This document shows, piece after piece, positions 13,779-26,768 of a DNA stretch of 64,000 nt. The DNA lies in the NCBI RefSeq assembly GCF_001194135.2, contig NC_068983.1, positions 141,791,686-141,855,685 of the forward strand, given 5' to 3'. A program made the position numbers and the translations under genes. The DNA is from Octopus bimaculoides (taxonomy: Eukaryota). The notes under the pieces are model-generated. The model saw nothing but the letters and a program-made list of their open reading frames with translations. It was not told where the DNA came from and searched no databases. The first letter of the stretch is position 1, and each line of letters starts with the position of its first letter.

Positions 13779-13837
<59 letters not shown>

Positions 13838-14491
13838 ATATATATATATATATATAATATATATATATATATATACATACATATATATATGTGTGTGTAT
13901 TTATGTGTACGTACTTTGTGTGTGTGTGTGCGTGTGTCTGTTTATGTGCGCGCGCGCGTGTATCTGTGGCTGCGTGTGTGCATGTGTGTGTCTGTGTGCG
14001 TGTCTATGTCTCTCTCTATGTATATGTTGTGTGTGTGTGTGTGTTATAAGTTCCAGTGAGAATACGAATAAGTTTCCGAAGTAAAGGAAAAAAAAACTCA
14101 TTAGCATATTTCTTTGAAAGCAAGAAATGCTAAACTTCTTGAGAATGCCTCAATGCCACAGTATACAGCTTCCTTTTACTATAAAAATGATATAAAGACA
14201 TTTTGTACCCAGTTGATATAAACCAATTTTTTAGCTATTTAGACCTTAAATTTCGTTTTGATCATTATGTATATTGCTATGCTGAAGCTTGAAAACTATT
14301 TATCATCATAGAGAATAAGGAAGCACCCAGAAGTTTTGTACTGAGAGTGAAAACCAGTAGAGAAAAAATTACTATATCGAATCCTCGGGAGGAGAAATGT
14401 TTGCTAACATCATACAGAAAAATGTGAATTTCACATCTTTTCATTCACTCGTATTTATTTCATTTTCTGTTTGTCTTAGTCTCTACCTCTA

Positions 14492-14625
<134 letters not shown>

Positions 14626-14718
14626 TCTCTCTCTCTCTCTCTCTTCCCCCCTCTCTCTCTTCCCCTCTCTCTCTCTTCTCCTCTCTCTCTCTCTCTTCCC
14701 CTCTCTCTCCCTTCCTAT

Positions 14719-14752
<34 letters not shown>

Positions 14753-14762
14753 NNNNNNNNNN

Positions 14763-14807
<45 letters not shown>

Positions 14808-15774
14808 GTATACAGCTGTCCTTCGGTTTAAACAACACTATGTTTGCACGGTTTGGGTTGGTTATTTTTTTCTTTTTCTCTTTGTTATTAATTATGTGTG
14901 CATTTATAAATCTCTCTTCATATTTTCGATGTTTTCGTTCATTTTTTCTTTTACGTTTTTCGTTGGTTTTACTTTCACTTTTACGATGGTTAAGTTACTG
15001 TATATTAAAATTCGATTCATTTTTTAAAATTTTGTTTAATGTTTTCAAGATTGAAAAGTAGAATTTCAAATGACAAATGCAAAACAGACAAGAAAATAGA
15101 TTAGTCTAGAAATGAAACATAAAATCAACTTCAAAATGGAGAGAGGTCGACTGAAACTGCGAAATAGTTTAACATAAATGAACTACCATAATATTTTTTA
15201 AAAATCGAAGAACCTATACAGTCGTAGGATCTTCAGTAAGTTCAAAACACGTATACATACCTAGAAATATTATGGAAATAGTGGGAGAAAGCTCTAATAT
15301 CTTTTATGCCACTGGACAATTTTGCTATACGATAAAACAACAATTAAATTAACATTACAAATCAAACATTTAAATAAGTATAATCTGGAATTGGGAATAG
15401 TAAGAGATGCCTTGAATTTTTCTTTAAATTTTTTTAAATTGAAACTTTCTACATATCAAACTGCATGGTAAAAGTGGATCAAATAATAAGAAAACTGCAG
15501 TAAATTTTATACCTCATTTGGCATATATAATTGAAGAAGCACATAACACGTTCTACTCTGAAAGAAATACCGAACTGATCTTTTATAGCAAGACAAGAAA
15601 AAAAGTTTATCGGATTCTTGGCACTAAATATCGAATCTGTAATGAATTAAGTGACTATCTCATTAAGCTGTTGTTAATTAATAGGGCTCTTAATGCATCT
15701 GCAATGGAAGGGCTAGTTCGCTGGCGTGCAAAAAGGTGAAATGGTCATAAAAGCTACAGCGCATCCCTGCAGTT

Positions 15775-16170
15775 CAAATCATGCCAGCCAGAACAGACAA
15801 AACGTAACATCCTATATTGTCTGACCAAGAAATTTTGTACTGTTGTTGATGATATGGATACCAAAGTCTCACAGAACTCAGGGGATTTCTGCTGAAACAA
15901 AACTTTTCACTATTAACGGTATAAAACCTGTAAAAAAAATACCTACAGAATAACTTAGAGCAGCCCATGAAAGAGGAACACCAAACCAGATTATCATACC
16001 TTTTAATGAGACTCGCATTCTATTTCATCAAAATATTTTTACCGTCATCGAATCAAACATTCCTATCATCAGGAAAAGTAACGAACTGATCAAATACTTT
16101 CTCAAAGTAAAACGCAACGGAAAAACTTGAAAAAATTATTCACAAAGGAAAAGTTTGATCTAAACAGCAA
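15775..16170 (+). pseudogene. Penelope-like element RT thumb/linker remnant
   Basis: Frameshifted segments KRNILYCLTKKFCTVVDD, TELRGFLLKQN, NIFTVIESNIPII and KNLKKLFTK resemble the Penelope RT C-terminal region. Confidence 0.6.
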
Positions 16171-16848
16171 TGATAAAACGTCCATGGTATCCAAACGCAT
16201 TGACAATCGTTGTGGTACATGTCAGTTCATACACATACATACTATTCAGTACCCGAAGACAAAGACCGGATGAAGAATATTTCCAAATGCAAGTATGGAC
16301 TCTAAAAGCAGAATCTGATTTTGTATTAGAAGATTGGACCTTTGAATAACAAGGTACAATCCGTCCAGCAAGTTTCCATAGCTTCTGTTTACCCAGTTTT
16401 AATCAGAGTATGAGCCGACTCGAAGTCAAAGAAGGTTGATTATACTTCCCCCAAAATACCGCGTAATGGAATCGAAACCGAGACCTCATGATTGCGAAAC
16501 GAATTTCTTAACTCTTCGGCCATATTGCACATATATACATACATACATACATACATACATACATACATACATACATACGTGCATGCATTTATGTATTCGT
16601 TTTATTTGTGCAAATTACCCAGGTCGTAAATGAGTTCTACTCTTTATTTCTTTATTATATATATCTAAGTTTCTCGTTCCATTAGAGATAAGGTTGGGAA
16701 GCTGTTGTGCTGCTTACGTCTATTCGGGCAGAAATGCATCTCCACAGATGCCCTTATGTTTCCAGCCAATCAGACTATCTTTACTTTGATAGCAAGTCAA
16801 ATTTATAGAATTCTTGGTTTTTGAGATCACCTTCCTTTCTCATTTGAG

Positions 16849-16881
<33 letters not shown>

Positions 16882-16946
16882 CATCGCATCCAATAACATA
16901 TAAACCCAAAAGTAATTCTTTTCTCTCTTCTCTCTTTTTCTCTCAG

Positions 16947-17095
16947 GTGACATCCGGAAGTATTGCTGCATCACGTCTAGATGCCGGTGATGTGATTCTT
17001 AAGATTGGCACCGCTAATGCTTCTAATTTGTCACACGGCGAAAGTCAAGACCTTATAAGGGCATGCGGAAACAATTTGCAATTGACTATAAAGAA
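16947..17095 (+). CDS. Coding exon: C-terminal part of a PDZ domain, Zasp/ALP-Enigma (PDZ-LIM) family-like protein
   Basis: Polypyrimidine tract plus cag acceptor (AG 16945-46) and gtaagt donor at 17096. Open frame VTSGSIAASRLDAGDVILKIGTANASNLSHGESQDLIRACGNNLQLTIK+AA resembles the PDLIM/Enigma/Zasp PDZ second exon (cf. PDLIM7 [51 protein letters not shown]) with the same phase 0/phase 2 boundaries. LIM exons not seen, so exact orthology is unassigned. Confidence 0.92.
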
Positions 17096-17650
17096 GTAAG
17101 TTTGTTTTGTAATTTAGATATTATGTAATATACGTTTCCTCTGTGAGGATGAGGATTTCGGGTATTTCGCTCATGAGAAGATACAGTTTGCCAAAGACTG
17201 ATGCTTCTCAGTGAATTCTTTTGCACTTGGTAATTTTCTCTTCTTTGAATCAACTCGCTACACAAGCCTTTCCATTTCCTGTTACCAGTTCCCAGACAAC
17301 ATACTGGACACTTTCCTTTCCCCTTACCCAGAACGGCACGATTTTTAAAATTTACGTTTCCTTTTCCAATGTCTCGTCTGCACTAATTCAAATTAAAGAA
17401 CAGACAGTACTGACCTTACACGATATGCAATTATTCTTATCCCCCATTCTAGAAAAACACTGTACGAAAATTTGTTCTTTTAAAGATGCTAGAATTTTAT
17501 GTCGAGTTTTAGGCACTGATATAGCTATGTGTAGTTTCGGAAGCACGTGGCTACGATTTCGATCCTGTTGCGCGGCTTCGAGCTAACTTATATTTTATAA
17601 ATAGAATTTTGTGGATGAAAACTGCACTAAATTCGTTGTGCGCATGTGGC

Positions 17651-17721
<71 letters not shown>

Positions 17722-17825
17722 CACATACACATACATGCATATATTGAGACAGAGTACTGCGTTATATAAATCAACAAGCAGTGAGAGAACTCGGTTTAGA
17801 TAAAGAGTGAAATATTTTTATATAA

Positions 17826-18017
17826 TAATTTCAAATTTTGGTATAAGGTCAGCAATTTAAGGGGGGGGGGGATAAGTCGATCACATCGACCCAGTGTTCA
17901 ACTGGTATTTATTTTATCGAACCTGAAAGGATGAAAGGCAAAGTCGACTCTGCCGCAATTTGAACACAGAACGTAAGGATGCCCGGCATACTAATGATTC
18001 TGCCAACTCGCCGCCTT
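17826..18017 (-). mobile_element. SINE family B
   Basis: Reverse complement of family B head, core and tail. Confidence 0.85.
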
Positions 18018-18253
18018 ACAAATATCTCTATATAATAATAGCTGATATTGGTTGGTTAATTCGTTAATTCTCCAGTCATACTTTTCTTATAGAGAGAGGA
18101 AAAGAGGGAGTAAACGAGAGATACAAGGAGGGATAACACAAAAAGTTAAAGTCAATAGAGGAAGGTTGAAATTGGCAAGGAGTAGCAGAGTAATGGTAAC
18201 ATGATAAAAACCACGTAGTCGATAGACGACGCATACTTGGTGCACACTTACAC

Positions 18254-18284
<31 letters not shown>

Positions 18285-18724
18285 TAACTACGGTTCAACT
18301 ACTTGACAAGCAATAGTTAGGCGGTGGTAAAGAAGCAATGGGTTTACAGAGTCACATATGTGTGTATATGTATGTATGTTTATGTAAATATATAATATTT
18401 AATACTAAGAGTAACTGTTTACCTATGGTGATAAAGATATACTTCCAAATTAACCACTATTATGACAGGCGACATTCTAGTTTGTAATACTTAATGCGAT
18501 CCACCCAAAAATAAGTGTCGTATTGTGACGCACACAGCCTATAAGTAGGACTTACTTCTTACATGAAACCAATGAAAGCACTCGTATCTACGGGTCCCTT
18601 CTAAACCGTTAATTCCTTTTGTATCCTGTATTCTCTTTGGTTATCTGTTTATGAAATCATGTTATCCTAATCTTTCTCTTTAACCTAACCCTCTGCATGT
18701 TACTGATGGTGGTTCCCATCAACT

Positions 18725-19330
18725 CCCGCTTAACTAATTCGGTGATCCGGCCCCTGAAATCTTCCATCGCCACAAAAGATGCGTTTAGCTTCCAGCAACC
18801 AAGCTCATGTATATTTATTTTAAGTTGCCTATACAGGTCGCGGGTTTGAGGTCAAAGTAATCAACTGTCAGAAATTGTGACAACTTAAGTAATCCTGTCT
18901 GTTAACCTAGCGAAAATTCTATCTAAATATGACCTGGATGACCTGCTGCGATTAGACGAGGTTCACATTAGCGCATTCGGGAAATCAAGGTGAAGTCTGT
19001 CAGACAGAAGTGTCTGAGGTTTGCAAAATTTTTGCATCTCACTTTATCGGCTACACTCACAAAGTTCTTGTGTGCGTCCAAAATGCCATTCCATTCGCCT
19101 AATAACATTAATGAGCGAGATATTCCCAGGAATTTCTCTTGGGGTCTTAAGAAATATGGTCTACTTGCTCCAATTTGGGTGCAAACGAACACTAATTTGA
19201 TGAGCCCAGTTTCCTTTGCTGATGCTCACGCCCAGAACCACCGATTTACCATTCGAGTCTAGGAAAACCCTATTCACCTTCAGTGTTGCTATTAGAGTGG
19301 TGGTGTGGCTGAAGTAATAGAGTACCAGTA
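18725..19330 (-). pseudogene. L1/Tx1-clade apurinic endonuclease domain remnant
   Basis: Minus strand motifs SLMLLGEWNGILD, TWSN...SYLDRI and GCWKLNAS, with stops. Confidence 0.75.
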
Positions 19331-19636
19331 GAAATGCATGGTAATATTTTGTTACGACACTTTAAGATCTGAGATACTTTCACTTTTGAACCTCCGGGAT
19401 TGTTGCTAAAATACATACCAGCGAAGTGTACTGGTTCGATTAAATCGACTTGTTTCGTTTCTTAAAAGGTGCGCTTTTTTGCCAAAGCTAGAAATGGTTA
19501 TTATTGTTTTTGAATAATGTTATATAGTTTTGAAACGAAAGATTTAACGAAAGGAAAATTCTTCTGTGGCAGGTTGATTGTTGATAGCTATGTTTGGCAT
19601 TTCAATACACACTACGTCATCTAAATGAAAGGGAAA

Positions 19637-19856
19637 CATTCTTTTCTATTCTAGACACAAGGCCCGAAATTTTGGGGGAGGGGATTGTCGATTAGATCAA
19701 CTGGTACTTAATTTATCTGGTACTTAATTTATCGACCCAGAAAGGATGAAAGACAAAGCCGACCTCGGCGGAATTTGAACTCACAATGTAGAGACAGACG
19801 AAATACCTCTAAGCATTTCGCCCGGTGTGCTAACGTTTCGGCCAGCTCGCCGCCTG
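19637..19856 (-). mobile_element. SINE family B
   Basis: 13-bp TSD AATGAAAGGGAAA (19624-36, 19857-69). Confidence 0.9.
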
Positions 19857-20559
19857 AATGAAAGGGAAATATCAGCATCATTTTACTAGTAAATGCCAGA
19901 TTGGTTGCGTTAACTCTTACAACAGAGGTTAGGACCGTACAGCAACACACAAACAACATCTATATACCACAGCTGACATGAAGGAAGATGGTCGTGCGAA
20001 TAAAGTATTAGACATTTTGTTTTTGTAGGTTTCAAGTTCAAATCCACTGAAAGCATTTCCGATAATCCAAGCTTATTAATCTACTGTCTAATTCATTGCC
20101 TTTAAGTAACTCTCCAACATACTCTATCTTCTGATCCGTAGATGTTTTGTACTTTGTGTGTATGTGTGAGGGAGAGAGAGGGGGGAGGGGAAGAGAGAAT
20201 GAGTATGTACGCGCGCACTCCTTTTCTGCTGCTACAACAGATGGCTTAACATTACGTCCACTCCCTACCTACTCCGCTGTGTCAGACTAACCACCAGGAC
20301 CAGTTCTTTGTTCCCCGGAAAGTCTGTCCTCTGGAAATCTCTCCTTCCCTATAATTTTTCAGGAACCGTTAATGTGCAACACAAGATGAATATTAACCAC
20401 ATTGATCTCACTGATTTCGGAGTGCCTACAAAGGCCAAAGCACTAGTTTCCAGAACTTCTAGAAAAGATACCTGAAGTAGACAGTTATTTTCTTTCTAGT
20501 AGGATGAGGGAATTCATCTCTCATCCTTTAATACAGCGCTATTTTACAAACTAACTCGG

Positions 20560-20920
20560 CATGTCAGAAATAGCTACAAAATGTCCGTCAGATTTCACTC
20601 TGTTATCTTAGTAAATAAGAGACTCATTAGATAATGCATTCCTAAATTCGAGAGAATGATGGGATAGCCACTACAGGAAAGCCTTTGATCATGAACCTGC
20701 TCATCTGGATTGGCCTGAGGCTATATAACATCTAAATAAGTTGGAATTAAGTCTGGCCTTATCGGTCTCTAATATATATGCATATTAATCCCTACTGGAC
20801 TAACATATATGATCCATTCTTTTGTATCCTATTGTGGAGCTTCGATGTGTCACTCTTGCCTTTATCTATTGGCTCATTGCTGAATAGCGAAGACACGTGA
20901 TGTATATATCTTATTTATAT
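20560..20920 (+). pseudogene. Highly decayed L1-type RT remnant
   Basis: KAFD-like and CPL-like traces only. Confidence 0.3.
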
Positions 20921-21109
20921 CGCAGTTATTTGAACATCTGATTTTTCTAAGATTAAGCTGTTTGTCTCATAGTCTATCTAACCATATTGTGCCGTGGTTA
21001 AAATCTTTCTCTTCGAAAATAATTTCATTACTTTTCAAAGTGAAATATTCGTATTTTCTGCTGCTTGCTTTTCTCTGTAATTATTTTCTTTGTACTATTC
21101 TTCAACTAA

Positions 21110-21735
21110 ATCGTGAGCTTGCAGAGCTTGCACGCCAGACAAAATGCTTAGTTGCATTTCGTCTGTCTTCACATTCTCAGTTCGAATTCCTCCGAAGTTG
21201 ACTTTTCTGTTCATCCATTTCGGGGTCGATAATGTTAGTACCAGTTGAACATTGGGGTCGATGTAATTGACAAGCCCTTCATCCAAAATTTCAAGCTTTG
21301 TACCTATAGCAGAAAGGATTACTTTTCGATCAGCTAAGGAAGATGGAATGGTGGAATCGCTAGAGCGGCAGACAAAATCTTTTACAATATTAATTCCGAC
21401 ATTTTTCATTCTGAGTTCAAATTTCGCTGAGGTCAATTCTGTCTTTCTTCTCTCCGGGTTTCATAAAATAAAGTACCAGTCAAGTACTAATATCGATAGC
21501 ATTGACTAATCTCGTCCCCTCAAAATTAGAAACAATTATTAAGTGAAGAAACATAACGTGCTGGCAAACTCGTTAGAGCGTCCGAAAAGATGCTTTACGA
21601 TATTTCTTCTGGTTCTTTACGTTCTCACGAGAGTCAACTATCATCCGTCTGGGGGTCGTTAAAATAAAGTACGATTCAAGTTGTCCAGCTCTCTTCTCCT
21701 AAAATTGCTGATTTTATGCCTAAACCAGACACGGG
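21110..21735 (+). mobile_element. Three diverged family B SINEs head-to-tail
   Basis: Repeated head/core/tail at about 21110, 21330 and 21555. Confidence 0.75.
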
Positions 21736-21850
21736 TAAGCTGGTGGAATCATTAGAGTTCGAAGAGAGATAAATTTACCAGAGATAAATTTACTAGTTAT
21801 AATTCACCTGGGTATTTATTGTATAAGAGTTACATTAATGCTAGTCAATA

Positions 21851-21887
<37 letters not shown>

Positions 21888-22461
21888 ATTCAGATATACG
21901 CTGGTTCATGTGTCTACAATAGGCAATAGGTGTTCTGTCCCTACGTCATAAATTATAATCTATATCAATGTTACAAACTTCGTATTGGGTTCGGTCGGAA
22001 CAGTCTTTATCTACACAGTTGTAGATCAGAGAAAATCGTAGCATTTTTCTCGCAGTTTATTTCACGTCATTTGTTTATATTTATCGCTTCCATCCTACGG
22101 AATATAGCTGGCCAAAGCTATTCATCATCAGCGTTAGCGTCAGCTGTTATTTATAAACTATTTATAGCATTTCTGATCGTTTTCTCATGTTAAAGAATAT
22201 TTTGTTTGTGTAGTTTGTTTGGAATGTGCTATTTTAAAGAAATCCTTCTCTGTTGTGTCCCAGATCAGCCTTGATTGAGGAGACGTTCCAGCCAGGACCA
22301 TCTCGTCTTTTACATAGATATTGTGTAGACCTAAAGGTTGATTATACAATGAGTTGGTGTAAGATATGATGGAGTGACTGTATAGATTTCCAACTCCCAA
22401 TTGGTTTGTACAATCTAATGTACTTTATGTAGGAGATAAAGTACTGATTATATACTGAGGA

Positions 22462-22837
22462 GTGGAGGCGCAATAGCCCAGTGGTTAGGGCAGCGGCATC
22501 GCGGTTTCGATTCCCAGACCGGGCGTTGTGATTGTTTATTGAGCGAAAACACCTAAAGCTCCACGAGGCTCCGGCAGGGGATGGTGGCGAACCCTGCTGT
22601 ACTCTTCCACCACAACTTTCTCTCACTCTTTCTTCCTGTTTCTGTTGTACCTGTATTTCAAAGGGCCAGCCTTGTCACACTGTGTCATGCTGAATATCCC
22701 CGAGAACTACGTTAAGGGTACACGTGTCTGTGGAGTGCTCAGCCACTTGCACGTTAATTTCACGAGCAGGCTGTTCCGTTGATCTGATCAACTGGAACCC
22801 TCGACGTCGTAAGCGACGGAGTGCCAACAACAACAAC
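22462..22837 (+). mobile_element. tRNA-derived SINE family A, (CAA)n tail
   Basis: tRNA-like A/B-box head, 3' CGTCG-TAAG-CGACG hairpin, 12-bp TSD ATATACTGAGGA (22450-61, 22838-49). Confidence 0.92.
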
Positions 22838-23849
22838 ATATACTGAGGATTTTAATAACTATTTAAATCACAATTGCATTAATTAAAATAAGATTTCTTT
22901 GTCACAATTTTTGTCACTTTGAAATTTTTACAGAAGCTATCTTAACTGAAATGACGTTCTGCATGTACAGGAATAAAATGCGATCTTGAATATAATGCAG
23001 CCCCTCCTTCATCTTTTCTTTATTTAAAACTTAGTAATATATTTTTAATGTAGTCTCAAATATACAAACACTTCGGATAGTGAAAGTTGAAACCCCCTTG
23101 ATCATAGATCTATTCGATTAGGGATAGAACAGAGCTAAGCAACAACAATACGAAAATCAACAACTGATCCGAGCTGGATTATTTTCTGGTCTTAAAGAAA
23201 ATACCTTGTCTGTGAAGATGCCATGGGAAATCATCTAAGCTTGCAAAATTTTGTGTCTGTAGCGTCGTTAAGTCTATTTACTTGGATTTTGGTTCATGTG
23301 CAATATTAAATGGTTTCCTTTTGGTGTGTATGTATGTAACGATTGTTTTTCTGTTATTGAAGGAAACTAAGTTATCATGTTACCATTGAAGGTTGTTTTG
23401 CCTCGGGTTATCACTACCTATGGCAGACCAGTGATCAAAAGCGTTCCAGCTGCGACCTTTCCGTCCTTCTCTCGATTATTGCGCATCCAAGTCTACATTA
23501 CATGCCTTGTACGTTTTTAAGACGATAGAGTATATCTTGAGAGGAATTCGGCTGCTATTTTCACCAGGTCGAGCTACCACATAGACGCCCGCGGGCTGGT
23601 TGGCTAATGAATGCCCTACTCCCAGAATCAGTGCATGCGTACCCGAAGTATTTTGGTTGCATACGTATGACGCATAGGTGCAAAAGTTTGAGTTTTCCTA
23701 GATCACATTTCCTGAGAATAGAGAATGAATGAAGTAGGAAAAGATGCTTTAAAATTAGATACACGTTTTAAGTTAGGGGAGAATGTGTGTGTGTGTGTGT
23801 GTACTTGCGTGTGCGCGCGCTCACACATACACGCACAACAGAGAATAGG

Positions 23850-23885
<36 letters not shown>

Positions 23886-24337
23886 CAGACAGACACACAC
23901 ACACACACACACACACACAGACGGACGGACGGACAGACAGACAGAGACAGATAGATAAACAAACCTTTTGGCAACGAGTCGCACCTCCCGGTGTACCTTT
24001 TTGATGCTGTATATATGCGTGCGTATGTATATATGTATGTGTGCATGTATGTATGTATGTGTGCATGTATGCATGTATGTATGTATGTATGCATGTATGT
24101 ATGTAAAATAGCTGTAAATATATATATATTATTTGAAATAACATTTTTCATATTATAAAATGCTTATGTTCTATTCAGAGAAATTAGGGAGTTAAAGGGA
24201 GACGAGGGTGAACGATAATAAACTGAACAAAATTAGTCTGAGAATCAGTGTGGTGTGGTGTGGTGTGGATGTGTGTGTGTGTGTGTGTGTTACAGTTTGA
24301 AGGAACGGAGTAACACTAACAAAACAGAAGCAAAAGA

Positions 24338-24398
<61 letters not shown>

Positions 24399-24471
24399 TA
24401 TTTGAAATGCAGTGGCATCAGTTACTGTAGTATCAACAGCAGTAATAATTCTACCGCAGGTACGATGGTGT

Positions 24472-24526
<55 letters not shown>

Positions 24527-24770
24527 GAGTACAAACAGGAAGGTGTGAATGGTAGGTAAGATGATAAAAACGGATGGACGGCCGACGAGCGAGTGATAAC
24601 GTTGCGCTGCGAGCTTTAACTGTGAGATGTGATAAACAGCTTTGGCTGAAGTTATTTCTGTCAGTAACATCTGGTGAGGCAGCCGGCACCTCGCTTATAC
24701 CACTTTTTCAAAGTAGGAGCGTAAGTGCTATCGTTGATTATGACGACGACGACGATGACGACGTTGGTGT

Positions 24771-24807
<37 letters not shown>

Positions 24808-24880
24808 CGATGTAATTGCTATCACTATCATCATTATCATTGTTGAATAATCGATATCATCGTCTTAAATGTGGCCAGTC

Positions 24881-25003
24881 GGGCCGACCAAAGCCTCTCG
24901 GGTCGACCAAAGCCTCTTGGGCCGACCAAAGCCTCTTGGGCTGACCAAAGCCTTGTGAGTGGATTTGGTAGACGGAAACTGAAAGAAGCCCGTCGTATAT
25001 ATG

Positions 25004-25040
<37 letters not shown>

Positions 25041-25246
25041 TTGTGTATCTGTGTTTGTCCCCCCAACTTCGCTTGACAACCGATGCTGGTGTGTTTACGT
25101 CCCCGTAACTTAGCGGTTCGGCAAAAAGAGACCGATAGAATAAGTACTAGGCTTACAAAGAATAAGTCTTGGGGTCGATTTGCTCGACTAAAGGCGGTGC
25201 CCCAGCATGGCCGCAGTCAAATGACTGAAACAAGTAAAAGTGTAAA
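24881..25246 (+). mobile_element. SINE family C, 5'-truncated, with a 19-bp tandem at its 5' junction
   Basis: Body matches the 5.2-5.9 kb copy. Confidence 0.9.
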
Positions 25247-25530
25247 GGAATTCTTTCGCGCGCGCGTGTGTGTGTGTATGTGTAATTCGTGAAAAGGGAA
25301 CAGATGACGAGTTTTGATTTTAACAAACGCCTCCACCATTTATCTGCTCGTCATGTCTGGTCATCCTTATGTTTCCTATAATTACCGTATATGCCAATGT
25401 ACAACGTGAATCGTGTGTAAGCTGACTGCAAGAACATTCTCAAAATGTTTGTTTTGTGCTAAAGTCACCATATCAGTCAACAACTACGTTTACACTCATC
25501 ATTAAGAATATTTTAAAGATACATTTTAAC

Positions 25531-25850
25531 TGGCACTCCGTCAGTTACGACGATGAGTGTTCCAGCTGATCTGATCAACGGAACAGCCAGCTCGTGAAAT
25601 TATTGTGCAAGTGGCTGAGCACTCCACAGACGCGCGTACTCTTTACGTACTTCTCAAAGAGATTCAGAGTGAAACAGAATGTGACAAGGCTGGCCCTTTA
25701 AAATACAGGTACATCTCATTTTTGCCAGATGAGTGGACTGGAGCAACGTGAAATAAAGTGTCTTGTTCAAGGACACAACGCGCTTCCAAGAATCGAACTC
25801 ACGAAATTGATATGATCGTGAGGTGAATACCCCTAACCACTAAGCCACAT
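25531..25850 (-). mobile_element. SINE sharing the family A 3' tail but with a different core
   Basis: Tail matches family A. Core reads TTGTGTCCTTGAACAAGACACTTTATTTCACGTTGCTCCAGTCCACTCA on the minus strand. Confidence 0.8.
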
Positions 25851-26768
25851 ACTTTCACTACATTTTTTAACTCAATATAAGGAATGGAATCCTGACAGAC
25901 ATTTCCTTTTCAAAAGCTAAACCCTATCATAAAAGTTCATCATTAAATTTGGTGATTATGTTTATTGTACCTGTTTTCATATTCATTTAGATAATTCAGA
26001 TTTAAGATCTCCCTCATTAAATGACCTCTTATTTTGGTTAAACAAATGCATTGCTTCAAATATTATCTTGTATGCCTATATATTCAGCAATTATTGATTT
26101 CTTTTGTCTTTGGGTAGGCGTGGTTTGCGTTTAGGCAAGGTACCTAGGGAAAGTCACTAGAATTGATTTGTAATGGCATGATTCGAACTAGAAATATTCG
26201 AAAATGTATGATATGATGTGCTGTGATATGAAACAGATAATTCTAGGTCTCCTGTCTTGTTATAAGCTCCATATCTTGATGCACTGTTTCTTATTATAGC
26301 AATGTATGAGTTGTAGGCTTCCTTTTTTTCCGGCAGCAGCTTCAGAGCTCTGCAAAGGATATAGATCTCCCACATATCTATCGCATCACATAGAAGAGTT
26401 GTAATCATGGAGTTGAAAAGTTGCCGGCTTATCGGCTACAGAGTTGTTAATTTCTATTCCTACAATAGCACGCTGTACCTGTGTACAGAAATTCAGAAAA
26501 TTAAGGTTCGATCTGGTGTTAAACAACTACAACAAATATTTCTTATCACATAGATAAGTCGCAATTATAGAGTTGAAAAGATGTCGATTTATCGGCTAAA
26601 GAGTTGTGAAGTCATATTCTAATAATAACTCAATGTATTTATTCGAAGAAATTCAGAGAATTAGAGTTCGATTCGTTGTGATTTACGACAAACTGAACCT
26701 TAACTTTTGTTATCTGCTGAAAAATATCTATGCTTTGACTATATTCTGTTTTGCTTTCTCTTTGCAAG

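Larger units (their letters stand above)
13263..13784. mobile_element. Palindromic (fold-back) Penelope-type terminal-repeat element with a hammerhead motif in each arm
   Basis: Arms 13263-13481 and 13563-13784 are near-identical reverse complements around an 81-bp spacer. Related sequence recurs at about 61280-61400. Confidence 0.8.

Noticed and set aside
22462-22540. tRNA genes at SINE heads
   Set aside because: A/B boxes continue into SINE bodies with tails and TSDs, and there is no complete cloverleaf.
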